A stretch of 64,000 nt of DNA from an uncultured Actinomycetota bacterium. GTDB lineage: Bacteria; Actinomycetota; Thermoleophilia; RBG-16-64-13. Positions 16,650 to 25,852 of the stretch are shown in pieces; within the stretch, counting starts at the first letter, position 1, and each line of letters opens with the position of its first letter. The stretch spans positions 110,354 to 174,353 of the forward strand of contig CAVZSN010000010.1 of assembly GCA_963777945.1 (NCBI GenBank), written 5' to 3'. The position numbers and the translations under genes were made by a program. The notes beneath the pieces were generated by a model. That model did not search any database, was not told the DNA's origin, and saw only the letters and a list, made by a program, of their open reading frames with translations.

Positions 16650-17550
16650 CTAGCGGACACCAGGCCGTCGATTGCCACCGGCACGCTCTTGACTCGCGGC
16701 TGAGTTCGTAGGCCATGATGGTGCCCGCCATCGCCACGTTCAGCGAGTCGAATCGGCTCTGCGGGATGGTGATCGCTCTGCATCCCGGCCCATGCTTCGC
16801 CGGGGCCGCTTCGCTCGCTCCCCAGCACGACCACCGCGCCGCCGCTCGCGCGCCACCGTCGCGGACGTCGATCCCGGATCCGCGGATCGGCGACCAGCAT
16901 CGTCGCCGGCGACCTGCTCCTCGCGCCGGCCGACAGCCGCCATATCGAGCCAGCAGGTCCCGCGGCTCGACCTCGGTGACCACCGGTATGGCGAACTGGG
17001 CGCCCATGCCCCCGCGCAAAGCCTTGGGGCTGTAGGGATCGGCCGTGCCCGGCGAGCAGATGACTCCGCCCAGACCGAAGGCCACAGCACTCCGAACGAG
17101 GGTACCCACGTTGCCGGGGTCGCCCACGCCATCGAGGAAGAACACGAGGTCTTTGCCCAGATCGAGCTCGCTCAAGATGCCGGACTGGTTGGGTGCACAG
17201 GAAGATGACGTCCGCCGACCCTCCAAGGGAGCTGGCGTAGTCGAGGGTCTCCTGGTCGCAGATCGCCGATGTTCACGCCGCTCCCCGGGGGCCTCCGCGG
17301 CTGAGGTGGCGACGTCCACCGCTCCCCCGGCTGCCGCCGCCCTGCTCCCGCAGCGCGGCCGGCAACTCCCGCCACAAGCTCCCGCCGGACCAGGATCTCG
17401 CGGATGTCGGCGCCGCCCTGCAGCGCGGCGAGCAGAAGGTCCATGCCCTCGCCCACCAGCAGGCCCGCGCTCGCGCCGGTGCTTCTTCTTCTGCAGCTTT
17501 CGCGCCAGCTTGACGCTGTGGTTCTGCCGCCCTGCGATGTCGCGGATCAT
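16650..17550 (-). CDS. TrmH/SpoU-family RNA 2'-O-methyltransferase (TsnR-like), frameshifted; 3' end uncertain
   Basis: [29 protein letters not shown]…, …[23 protein letters not shown]…, …[20 protein letters not shown] (SPOUT knot motifs). Position between rplT and pheS as in actinobacteria. Confidence 0.7.
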
Positions 17551-17672
17551 GGTGCGCCCGCCTTCAACAGGTGCGGCCGGGCTGTAGGCCCGGCCGCTCG
17601 ATTCCTCACTCTGTAGCCTGCCGCGGTGCGCCGGACTCTGCCAGTCGCGCCGCCGCGCAGGCGATCAAGCTG

Positions 17673-18035
17673 CTAGGCGGCCCCCAGCGCCTCTTTGGCC
17701 CGGGCGGCCATCTGGGCGAACACTTCGGGCTCGCGCACGGCGAGGTCGGCGAGGATCTTGCGGTCGACGTCGATGTGCGCCTCTTTGAGACCGTGGATGA
17801 GCTGGTTGTAGCTCAGGCCGTGCTGGCGGGCTCCGGCGTTGATGCGGGTGATCCACAAACGGCGGAACTCGCGCTTGCGAGCCCTGCGGTCACGGTAAGC
17901 GTACGTGCCCGACTTGAGGGACTGTTCTTTGGCCCGCCGGTACGAGGACTTCTTGAGCCCCCAGTACCCCTTGGCCTCATCCAGGACCTTACGGCGCTTC
18001 TTGTGGGCACTGATGCTTCTCTTGACTCTGGGCAT
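17673..18035 (-). CDS. rplT: 50S ribosomal protein L20
   Basis: [18 protein letters not shown]…[50 protein letters not shown]… intact 120-aa ORF. Confidence 0.95.
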   Translation of the reverse strand: MPRVKRSISAHKKRRKVLDEAKGYWGLKKSSYRRAKEQSLKSGTYAYRDRRARKREFRRLWITRINAGARQHGLSYNQLIHGLKEAHIDVDRKILADLAVREPEVFAQMAARAKEALGAA

Positions 18036-18037
18036 GG

Positions 18038-18244
18038 CTATCTCCTCTCTATCTGGCCCAGAAGGCCCCGAAGCCGGTTGCTGTCTTGGGTCTCGACCAC
18101 CGTGATCTTGCGGAACTTGCGCTTCCGGTTGGCCGACTTCTTGGTCAGCAGATGGCTGCCGAACGCCCGGCGGCTCATCAGCTTGCCGGTAGCGGTCAGC
18201 TTGATCCGCTTCTTAGCGCCCTTGTGAGTCTTGTTCTTCGCCAT
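18038..18244 (-). CDS. rpmI: 50S ribosomal protein L35
   Basis: [46 protein letters not shown]… typical L35. Confidence 0.9.
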   Translation of the reverse strand: MAKNKTHKGAKKRIKLTATGKLMSRRAFGSHLLTKKSANRKRKFRKITVVETQDSNRLRGLLGQIERR

Positions 18245-18257
18245 GTCGATTCCCTTA

Positions 18258-18783
18258 TCAGTTACGCCTCGGGGCCAGCATCATGACCATGTTCCTGCCG
18301 TCGAGACTGGGTTCGGACTCTATCTCGCCGACATCCGCCAGGTCCTCAGCCATTCGGCGGAGCAGTCTCTCGCCGAGGTGCGGGTGGACCAATTCCCTAC
18401 CGCGGAACATGATGGTCAGCTTGACCTTGTCGCCCTTCTTGAGGAAGCGCTAGCACGTGCCCCTTCTTCGTATCGAAGTCGTGGTCGTCGATCTTGGGAC
18501 GCAGCTTGATCTCTTTGATGCTGATCGTCGTCTGCCGCTTGCGCGCTTCCTTTGCCTTCTGCTCTTGCTCGTATCTGTACTTGCCGTAGTCCATCACCTT
18601 GCAGACCGGCGGATTGGCCATCGGAGCCACCTCGACCAGGTCGAGGTTCAGTCTGTCGGCGTAAGCGAGCGCCTCAGGAACACTCACGATCCCGACCTGC
18701 TCGCCGTCCGGTCCGATCAGTCGGACCGCGTCTGCACGGATCTTCTCGTTGATGCGAACTATGTCGGCTATGTTCCCCTGCAC
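18258..18783 (-). CDS. infC: translation initiation factor IF-3 (one frameshift; probable non-AUG start)
   Basis: …[45 protein letters not shown]…[17 protein letters not shown]… then shifted frame …[53 protein letters not shown]. Confidence 0.85.
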
Positions 18784-18822
18784 CTCCCCCGGTGCTACCG
18801 GTTAGTGGCCACTTCTACCACA

Positions 18823-18847
18823 CAAAAAAGCGGTGTCACCACCGCTC
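18823..18847 (-). terminator. Rho-independent terminator-like hairpin between thrS and infC (AGCGGTG-GTGA-CACCGCT followed by TTTTTTG)
   Basis: 7-bp GC-rich stem, 4-nt loop, 6-U tract on the minus strand, about 135 nt after the thrS stop and about 35 nt before the infC start. Confidence 0.45.
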
Positions 18848-18980
18848 TCCCACGCAGAAGCCCGGCTCGACAGCCGGCCGCTGATTCTATGGTCGACCTC
18901 CGTACCACACGAGGCGCGGGGTGGGAAGGGTGGCTTCCTCTTTATGTGACCCCGTAGTATAGCCTATCGTCCCGCCTGCC

Positions 18981-20900
18981 TCAAGGACATGCCGAGTCGG
19001 GCAAACTGCAGGCGTCGTCGATGAAGGTCGCGGCCTCGGCCAGACGGCCAGCGTCTCGGTGTCCTTGCTCCCCCGGGTGCGCACGGTCACCGTCCCCTGC
19101 TCCACCTCGCGGTCGCCCACTACCAGCATGAAGGGCACCTTGCCCACCTCGCCGTCGCGGATCTTCTTGCCCACCGACTCGGGCCGCAGGTCGGCCTCCG
19201 CCCTCAGCCCTTCGCAGGTCAGGGCGCCACCGACCTCTCTCGCGTAGTCAGCGTGACGATCGGCCACCGGTACGACCGGGACCTGCACCGGCGCCAGCCA
19301 CGCGGGCAGGGCGCCGCCGTAGTGCTCGATGAGGATGGCCAGGAACCGCTCGATGCTACCCAGGACCGTCCGGTGGATCATCACCGGCCGATGACGCTGG
19401 TTGTCCTCGCCCACGTAGTCGATGTCGAGCCTCTCGGGCATGGCGAAGTCCACCTGGCACGTTGCGCACTGCCATGTGCGACCCATGACATCTTCGATAT
19501 GAAAGTCGATCTTGGGACCGTAGAAAGCTCCGTCGCCAGGGTTGAGCACGTACGGGAGTTCCGCCCGCTCGAGCGCGGCGGCCAGCGCGCCCTCGGCCTG
19601 TCTGCCCACATCTGGTCGCTGCCGATCGACTTCTCGGGCCGCGTCGACAGCTCCACGTGCACTTCGCTCGAACCCGAAAGTCCGGTACATCCGCCGCACC
19701 AGGCCGATGACGCCCAGGACTTCCTCCTCCACCTGCTCCGGCAGGCAGTAGATGTGAGCGTCGTCCTGAGTGAACATGCGCACCCGGAAGAGGCCGCTGA
19801 GCACCCCGGACATCTCGTGACGGTGGACCAGGCCCAGTTCGGCGTAGCGCAGGGGCAGATCGCGGTAGGAGTGCTGCTCGCTCTTGTAGATGAGGATGCC
19901 GCCCGGACAGTTCATGGGCTTGACGGCGAAATCGACCTCGTCGATCCGCGTGAAGTACATGTTGTCCTTGTAGTTGTCCCAGTGGCCCGGAACGCTCCCA
20001 CAAGCGTCCGCTCGAGCATGATCGGGGTCTTGGTCTCCTCGTAGCCCGCCAGGGTGTGCTCGCGGCGCCAGTATTCGAGCAGGGCGTTGATCACCCGCAT
20101 CCCTTTGGGATGGAAGAACGGGAAACCCGGGCCCTCGTCGTGGAAGCTGAACAGACCCAGCTCCCGGCCCAACTTGCGGTGGTCGCGCTGCCGCGCCATC
20201 TCGAGGCGCTGCAGGTACTCCTCCAGTTCCTTCTTGGAGGGGAAGGCGGTCCCGTAGATGCGGGTGAGCATGGGGTTCTCGCTCTTACCTCGCCAGTAGG
20301 CTCCGGCCACCGACAGCAGACCCACGGCGCCGATCTCGACTCGTGTCGGGCACGTGCGGGCCCCGGCACAGGTCGAGAAAATCCCCCACGCGGTAGGTGC
20401 TGATGATCGTCTTCGGGGGCCAGGTCGCGTATCAACTCCAGCTTGTACGGTTCGTCGGCGAAGAGGATCTCGGCCTCCTCCTTGGTCACCTCACGACGCT
20501 CGAACGCTCGCCGGCAGCGACCAGACTCTCCATCTCGGCGACCAGCTTGGGCAGGTCGTCCTCCCCGACCGGCCTGAGGAAAGTCGAAGTCGTAATAGAA
20601 GCCATCCTTGATGGCGGGGCCGATGGCGACCTTGGTACCCGGGTAGAGCCGGGTGGCGGCCTCGGCCAGGATGTGCGCGGCCGAGTGCCGGATCACGTCG
20701 AGACCCTCGGCGGATGAGGCCGTGATGATGCTCACCCGGTCGCCGTCGACGAGCGGGGCAGTGAGGTCGACGACCTTGTCACCCACCGTGGCCGCGACTG
20801 CAGCTTTGGCCAGCCGAGACCCGATCGCGGTGGCCACGTCGGCCGGAGTGCCGCCTTCGGCCACGGTCAGATCGGATCCGTCAGGAAGCAGTACTTTCAC
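18981..20900 (-). CDS. thrS: threonyl-tRNA synthetase (frameshifted)
   Basis: N-terminal TGS domain [27 protein letters not shown]…, …[27 protein letters not shown]…, class II core and C-terminal anticodon domain …[33 protein letters not shown]. Confidence 0.9.
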
Positions 20901-21040
20901 GGGAGCCTCGCAGATGAGCAGGTACGCTGATTCGTGAGGCTAGTCTAGCTCACAGCGCGGGTTGCGCCGCCGACGCGATGTGATCGCCAGAGGATGAGGC
21001 GAAGCCTACCCTTGGCTGTCGCTCCCTCGCCGCCCGGTCG

Positions 21041-21325
21041 TCACGATACTCCTCGCGGGAGTCGGCGCCCGAACGACCCGAGAGTCCTTCTCCACAGGAG
21101 GTGATGAACAGGGAAGACACTGCCCGCCATCACCCCCATGAGGATGATGCCGAGCCACTCGCCGGCGACGGACGTCCCGACCGTCTCTGCGACCATCGAA
21201 ACGAAGGCGCTGACGAACGTCCCGATGAGAAAGCTGATGCCCAGCGACGCGGCTCCGCGTCCTACGCTCATGCCGAATGCTCCTCCCGTGCCCTGCACGA
21301 CCTCGCCGCGACTTATTCGACCCAA
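21041..21325 (-). CDS. small glycine-zipper membrane protein (hypothetical)
   Basis: 94-aa ORF MGRISRGEVVQGTGGAFGMSVGRGAASLGISFLIGTFVSAFVSMVAETVGTSVAGEWLGIILMGVMAGSVF… with GxxxG/AxxxG repeats. RBS GAGGAAG upstream. Confidence 0.35.
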   Translation of the reverse strand: MGRISRGEVVQGTGGAFGMSVGRGAASLGISFLIGTFVSAFVSMVAETVGTSVAGEWLGIILMGVMAGSVFPVHHLLWRRTLGSFGRRLPRGVS

Positions 21326-21627
21326 CCGGCCTCACTTCCTCCAAACGGCGTCTGGTGAGGACGAAGAAGCCCTTCGCGCCATGCTCGGTCGGCGCTACAA
21401 ATCACCAGCGTGTTGCCGCGCAGATGGCTTGTCCGGCGGTCCATTTCCCAGCGGCTTTCTCACGGGCGAGAAGGCTTCAGCAACGCCACTGTGAAGTGCC
21501 CACTTTCTGACCACTACCTGATTACATTATTGAATTAATTCCCTTACTACAGTAGAAAGGCCGTGCCTAGAGCAAGCTATCGACCAAGCAAGAAAGGGGT
21601 TGCAGCGTGAGAAAGAGGAGGCTTCAG

Positions 21628-22193
21628 ATGAGCAATAGACCAGTGGCCAGGTGGCTCCCCGCAGTAGGCATAACGTTTGCAGTGGCGCTAGCAATCGGGC
21701 TCGCCGCGTGGCTGAACGCCGGACCGGTGAGCGCCCATCCCGGTTACACATGCAATCCGCCTGCGGGCCACGGCCTCCCGGGGTGCCACGTAGACGCGAC
21801 CACGACTACCACAGCCCAGCCGACCACGACTACCACGGCTCAGCCGACCACGACTACCACAGCCCAGCCGACCACGACTACCACAGCTCAGCCGACCACG
21901 ACTACGACGGCTCAGCCCACCACGACTACGACGGCTCAGCCCACCACGACTACCACGGCTCAGCCCGACCACGACTACCACAGCCCAGCCGACCACGACT
22001 ACCACAGCCCAGCCGACCACGACTACCACAGCCCAGCCGACCACGACTACGACGACACGGACCAGCACGCAGGAAGTCGACGAGCGTGACGACCAGAAGC
22101 AGGAGGTCGACCGCCACGACCGCAGGAAATCTGACGACCGTTTCAGAGGTTTTCACCGGTGGTGGCGACACCTTAGGCACTGGCACTGGCTAG
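21628..22193 (+). CDS. secreted threonine-rich tandem-repeat protein (TTTTTAQP)n; frame breaks inside repeat so 3' end uncertain (alternatives end 22089, 22193 or 22266)
   Basis: RBS AGGAGG + ATG. MSNRPVARWLPAVGITFAVALAIGLAAWLNAGPVSA signal peptide, then HPGYTCNPPAGHGLPGCHVD, then at least 10 copies of TTTTTAQP. Preceded by a 100-nt AT-rich promoter-like region. Confidence 0.45.
21799..22054 (+). repeat. 24-bp tandem repeat (ACCACGACTACCACAGCCCAGCCG)x10.6 encoding TTTTTAQP. One extra G between units 7 and 8 shifts the frame
   Basis: Direct reading: ten near-identical 24-nt units with third-position variants, plus a 15-nt partial unit. Confidence 0.9.
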
Positions 22194-22321
22194 ACTCCTG
22201 CCCTGTCCGCGATGGCCTTGGCTGGTTGTCTTCGCCGCGCACGTCCCATGAGTTCGACTCATAGGTCCTAGCCGGCAGCACTAGCACTCGCGAAAGATTG
22301 CCAGTAGTCGGGTCGAGTGCT

Positions 22322-22360
22322 TGGGGCGCCGCGGGCTTCAAAGCCCGCGGCGCCCTCTAT
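22322..22360 (+). terminator. Rho-independent terminator-like hairpin GGGCGCCGCGGGC-TTCAAA-GCCCGCGGCGCCC followed by TCTATTCC
   Basis: Perfect 13-bp GC stem downstream of the repeat-protein gene. U-tract is weak. Confidence 0.45.
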
Positions 22361-22621
22361 TCCATCCCCAGGGACAGTGCGGTGGCGAAAACCCTGGGAA
22401 TCCCCGGTTGGCCGGCTGGGAGCAAAGGGTCCCCGCCTCAAATTCCCGAGCCACAGGAGCGACTCGGCAACTCCAACATCAGCGTGACCCTCAGCACCGG
22501 CTATCGCCTGTGGCTTCATGCAGGGGAGCCCGCGGACGATCGGGGCCGCGGCTTGTCTGCACACCGGCTGCAGCCCGCGTCTGCTGTGCGCTGGAAGGCC
22601 GAGAATCAGGCCGAACAAGAG

Positions 22622-22693
22622 TGGGCGCTACAGGATTTGAACCTGTGGCCTCTTCCGCGTCAAGGAAGCGCTCTCCCCCTGAGCTAAGCGCCC
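22622..22693 (-). tRNA. tRNA-Val (anticodon GAC)
   Basis: GGGCGCTTAGCTCAGGGGGAGAGCGCTTCCTTGACGCGGAAGAGGCCACAGGTTCAAATCCTGTAGCGCCCA folds as canonical 72-nt cloverleaf. Anticodon loop TTGACGC. Confidence 0.9.
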
Positions 22694-22816
22694 GTTCAGG
22701 GCCGTCATCATACAGCCGGTCCGAACGGCTGGCAAGGGCGCAGCTCCTCGGGCACAGCCGAGATCAGCATCGGGCTGTAGAGTGTATGAAGATCCGTCTA
22801 TCGAGGGAGCCCGTGA

Positions 22817-23178
22817 TGAAGTGGGAGTACCGCACAGTCGTCTTCTATGCAAAAGCGCATGAGCCCGATACCAAGGAATACTTGAAGTCGCTGTGGCCTG
22901 GCTGGGACCCTCCAAGCTCGGCCCCCCAGGCGCTTATTCCCAAGCTAAACGAGATCGGGAGCCGCGGCTGGGAACTGGTGAGCATCCAGCCGGTGTACAT
23001 CGACGAAGATGCCAACGTGCTCGTCCAGGGTGGCCCTCGGTCGGTACCGACAGACGACGCCATCACCGGGATGATCAAGGCTCGAGCAAGAATCCCCACC
23101 TCGAGCCCGGGGTATGAGCCCGCTCGATATACGAACGCCTACTTCTGCGCGTTCAAGAGGGCGATAGACGAACCCTGA
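22817..23178 (+). CDS. hypothetical protein (DUF4177-like)
   Basis: RBS GAGGGAG + ATG. MKWEYRTVVFYAKAHEPDTKEYLKSLWPGWDPP…KLNEIGSRGWELVSIQPVYIDEDANVLVQGG… 120 aa. Confidence 0.45.
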
Positions 23179-23425
23179 CGCCCGAAGCAGTCCAGGGCCT
23201 CGACACGCCAGGCGGCCGCTCCTGCGAGCCGGCGCTCCGAGCTATACCGGATTCTACGTGAGCCGCCTCGAGCTCTTCCTCCCCGAAGTCGTCCTCTGAA
23301 GTGCCGAACTGCACTACGTACCCAGGCTCATCCTCGGACAGCTCTGTCAGTCTGACGATCACCCCGACGCTATCGTCGCCGAAGACCGCCCTAACCTTGT
23401 CGCCGACGCTGTACTTGTGATCCAC
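23153..23425 (-). CDS. small hypothetical protein (SH3/Tudor-like KxVGDxVR motif)
   Basis: MDHKYSVGDKVRAVFGDDSVGVIVRLTELSEDEPGYVVQFGTSEDDFGEEELEA… Convergent with and overlapping the 3' end of the DUF4177-like gene. C-terminus probably frameshifted. Confidence 0.3.
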   Translation of the reverse strand: MDHKYSVGDKVRAVFGDDSVGVIVRLTELSEDEPGYVVQFGTSEDDFGEEELEAAHVESGIARSAGSQERPPGVSRPWTASGVRVRLSPS

Positions 23426-23601
23426 CGATTCCTCCTCTCAGGCAGGGACCGACGGTTTTCGATTCGACAAAGGACTCACGGTACCCTTTCCGGGGATCCG
23501 GTGCAATGCGCCGCAGAGACCATCATCGACGGCGCGAGCGCTACAGGCGGAGGTGAGGCAGGCGTCCACGGGCAGAATCGCCACGCGTGACCGACTCTAG
23601 T

Positions 23602-23817
23602 TCAGATCCGCTTTCGCGAGCCTTCGAATCTTGGTGTCGCGGGGACGAAATAGCTGCAATTGAACGTCGACGGGTCGCTCCCGAGAGGGTCCACCATCGC
23701 CGACGTTCCTGCCGGTCTTGGCCTTTCTTTGCCTGCCGCTCTGCCCAGACCAAGAATGAGCAGAAAACCAGGAAGGATGACCAGTACGACAGGCAACACG
23801 ATAGCGAGCGTTAACAC
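23602..23817 (-). CDS. possible 71-aa single-pass membrane protein (GTG start)
   Basis: VLTLAIVLPVVLVILPGFLLILGLGRAAGKERPRP… hydrophobic helix then charged tail. Lies in the distal part of a long ORF that otherwise overlaps tRNA genes. Confidence 0.2.
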   Translation of the reverse strand: MLTLAIVLPVVLVILPGFLLILGLGRAAGKERPRPAGTSAMVDPLGSDPSTFNCSYFVPATPRFEGSRKRI

Positions 23818-24075
23818 TTGATACCGCCGCCTACGGTTCCCATTCTGTTCACACTTCTCCTCACCGACGAAACGGCTCTCCCCCCGTTTCGCCCGCAGGA
23901 CTTTATCACGCTCGAGCAGGGTTTTCCACGTTTGGGGGTCTACTCCTGCCTGCCACGGCAGAGCCCGATCGACGAGTGCGCACTCTGCTCGCGACTCCTG
24001 ACCACTACCAAACAACAATGCCTCGCCTCTCACCCCTCCTCGCGGGGCGGTTAGAGGAGGCATTGCATCTCTTAG

Positions 24076-24149
24076 GAGGCGACGACCGGAGTTGAACCGG
24101 TGTAGCGGGTTTTGCAGACCCGTGCCTAAGCCACTCGGCCACGTCGCCC
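24076..24149 (-). tRNA. tRNA-Cys (anticodon GCA); one apparent extra base at the T-stem/acceptor junction
   Basis: GGGCGACGTGGCCGAGTGGCTTAGGCACGGGTCTGCAAAACCCGCTACACCGGTTCAACTCCGGTCGTCGCCT; anticodon loop CTGCAAA. Confidence 0.85.
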
Positions 24150-24164
24150 GGATCACGGGTTCAA

Positions 24165-24241
24165 TGGAGCGGATGAAGGGATTCGAACCCTCGACCTTCT
24201 GCATGGCAAGCAGACGCTCTAGCCAACTGAGCTACATCCGC
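24165..24241 (-). tRNA. tRNA-Gly (anticodon GCC), CCA encoded
   Basis: GCGGATGTAGCTCAGTTGGCTAGAGCGTCTGCTTGCCATGCAGAAGGTCGAGGGTTCGAATCCCTTCATCCGCTCCA perfect 77-nt cloverleaf. Confidence 0.95.
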
Positions 24242-24263
24242 CCGGAGCCCGACGGCCTGTGGA

Positions 24264-24690
24264 TTATAGACCAGCCGAAGCCGCGTCGTCCAGCGCCTTG
24301 TTGACCAGGCGGTCGGCTTCGGCGTTCTCCGCGCGGGGTACGTGTCGGATCGAAACCCGCTGGAACTGTCGAAGCCACCCCAGCGCCTCCTGGTGGAGCG
24401 GCTTGAGACCCTCGTTCTTGACCCGGTATTCGCCGTTCAGTTGCTCGTACGAGGAGTTCCGAATCGGCGAGGACCTCCAGCTCTTGGGCTCCCGCCGTCG
24501 CGAGCGAGCTCCAGACCGGCCAGCAGTGCGCGATACTCGGCCACGTTGTTGGTGCACACGCCGATGGTGCGTCCCAGCGTATCGACGACCCGGCCCTCAG
24601 CATCCTCCAGAACCACGCCGACAGCGCCCGGGCCCGGGTTTCCCCGCGATCCCCCGTCCACTCTCAGCCGCAGTCCAGCGCCCCTCGACT
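24264..24690 (-). CDS. rnhA: ribonuclease H (RNase HI-type domain; frameshifted)
   Basis: …DGGSRGNPGPGAVGVVLEDAEGRVVDTLGRTIGVCTNNVAEYRALLAGLELA… and …YEQLNGEYRVKNEGLKPLHQEALGWLRQFQRVSIRHVPRAENAEADRLVNKALDDAASAGL* (DEDD catalytic residues). Confidence 0.65.
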
Positions 24691-24789
24691 AGGCGCATCT
24701 GCCAGGCCACATCCTCCGTCCGCATACGGCCAGCGGTGTCGGTTCCAGGGTGAGCGCCAGTCCCGCTCGTATCCACCTCGACCCCGCTC

Positions 24790-25830
24790 CCTGCCAACTG
24801 CGCCCGCAAGCAGGTCGGCCCAGCGCCGCATACACCACCATTCGAGCTCCCCGTGCGGACGCACGACCAGGCTGAATCCCAGCGCATCTGCCCGATCCGC
24901 GTCGTGGTAGCCGACATCCCCGGTGATGAGCGCGTCGAGCCCCGCTGCCTCCTCCAGGAGGCTCCGTCCACTCCCTGGGAGTATCGCCGACTCGGCGCAC
25001 CACCCGCGAGCCGTCTCCGCTCCAACTGACGGCCGCCAGTTCGAACGTGCCGGCCACACGCTGCGCCACTTCCGCCACTGAGGACGCGCCCGGCAGAGTC
25101 CCCACCGGCCGAGCCCCGTTCGGGTGCGCACGTCCTCCACCGGGTACACATCGAAAGCCGGTTCCTCGTAGGGATGCGCGGAGATGAAGGCCGAGATCAC
25201 GGCTCCCACCCGCCTCCGAGGCACCACGGTCTCCCAGCGCACTTCGCGCGCGCGCTCGGGAACGGCCGGCCGCCCGACCGCGGGATGCGCGCCGGCACCC
25301 GGCGTGAACCAGCCGGTACCCTCCGCGGAGAACGCGCAGTCGTCGTAGTCGCCGATCACCCCGGCGCCTGCCCGGAACACGGCTGCCGCCACGCTGTCCA
25401 CCGCCTCCGGGGGGATGAAGCCCACCAGCTTGTACCACCCGGCCGGGCTCCGTCGCATCGGCACCATGTCTTCGAGTCCCAGGGCCTCGGCCGCGATGGC
25501 GGCCAGGCCGTGCTCCGCGCTATCGAGGTTGGTGTGGCAGGCCAAGAGATTAAGATGCCGCCTTATCAGCTCCCTCACCAGCCGCTCACGCCCTCGACCC
25601 TCGACGACCGAGGAGAGCGGCGAGAACAGCAGGGGATGATGGGTGAGGACGGTGTCGTGGCCTCCGGCGACGGCCTCCGCTAGTACCGGCTCGGTGAGCT
25701 CCAGGGCCACCAGGACCTTCTTGACGGGCGCCCGGCGTGTCGCCGACCAGCAGCCCGCAGTTGTCCCCGGGCTCGGCAAGCGCCTTGGGCGCCAGCACGT
25801 CCAGGACCGCTTCCAGCTCACCAACCAGCA
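24790..25830 (-). CDS. NIF3 (YqfO/YbgI) family dinuclear-metal-centre protein (frameshifted)
   Basis: MLVGELEAVLDVLAPKALAEPGDNCGLLVGDTPG…KKVLVALELTEPVLAEAVAGGHDTVLTHHPLLF…ALITGDVGYHDA…. Confidence 0.65.
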
Positions 25831-25852
25831 TGATGCCCCCCTCCAGCTCCGA

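Noticed and set aside
18900-21040. T-box or other riboswitch leaders upstream of thrS, tyrS and metX
   Set aside because: No specifier-loop or T-box motif (AATTAGGGTGGNACCGCG-like) and no SAM-riboswitch core was seen. metX is only 8 nt downstream of nadE, leaving no room for a leader.
21799-22054. Possible CRISPR array
   Set aside because: Units are contiguous with no spacers, are 24 bp not 28-37 bp, and sit in frame inside a signal-peptide-bearing ORF. It is a coding tandem repeat.
21651-22193. Alternative-frame ORFs across the 24-bp repeat (RPRLPQPS… and DHDYHSPA… readings, and the antisense 21688-22068 ORF)
   Set aside because: All three frames and the antisense stay open because of repeat periodicity. 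Only the frame continuous with the signal peptide is biologically supported; the others are listed merely as possible C-termini after the internal frameshift.
23602-24204. 200-aa minus-strand ORF
   Set aside because: Its upstream two-thirds overlap tRNA-Cys and tRNA-Gly genes. Only the distal 71 codons, from the GTG start, are kept as a low-confidence small membrane ORF.
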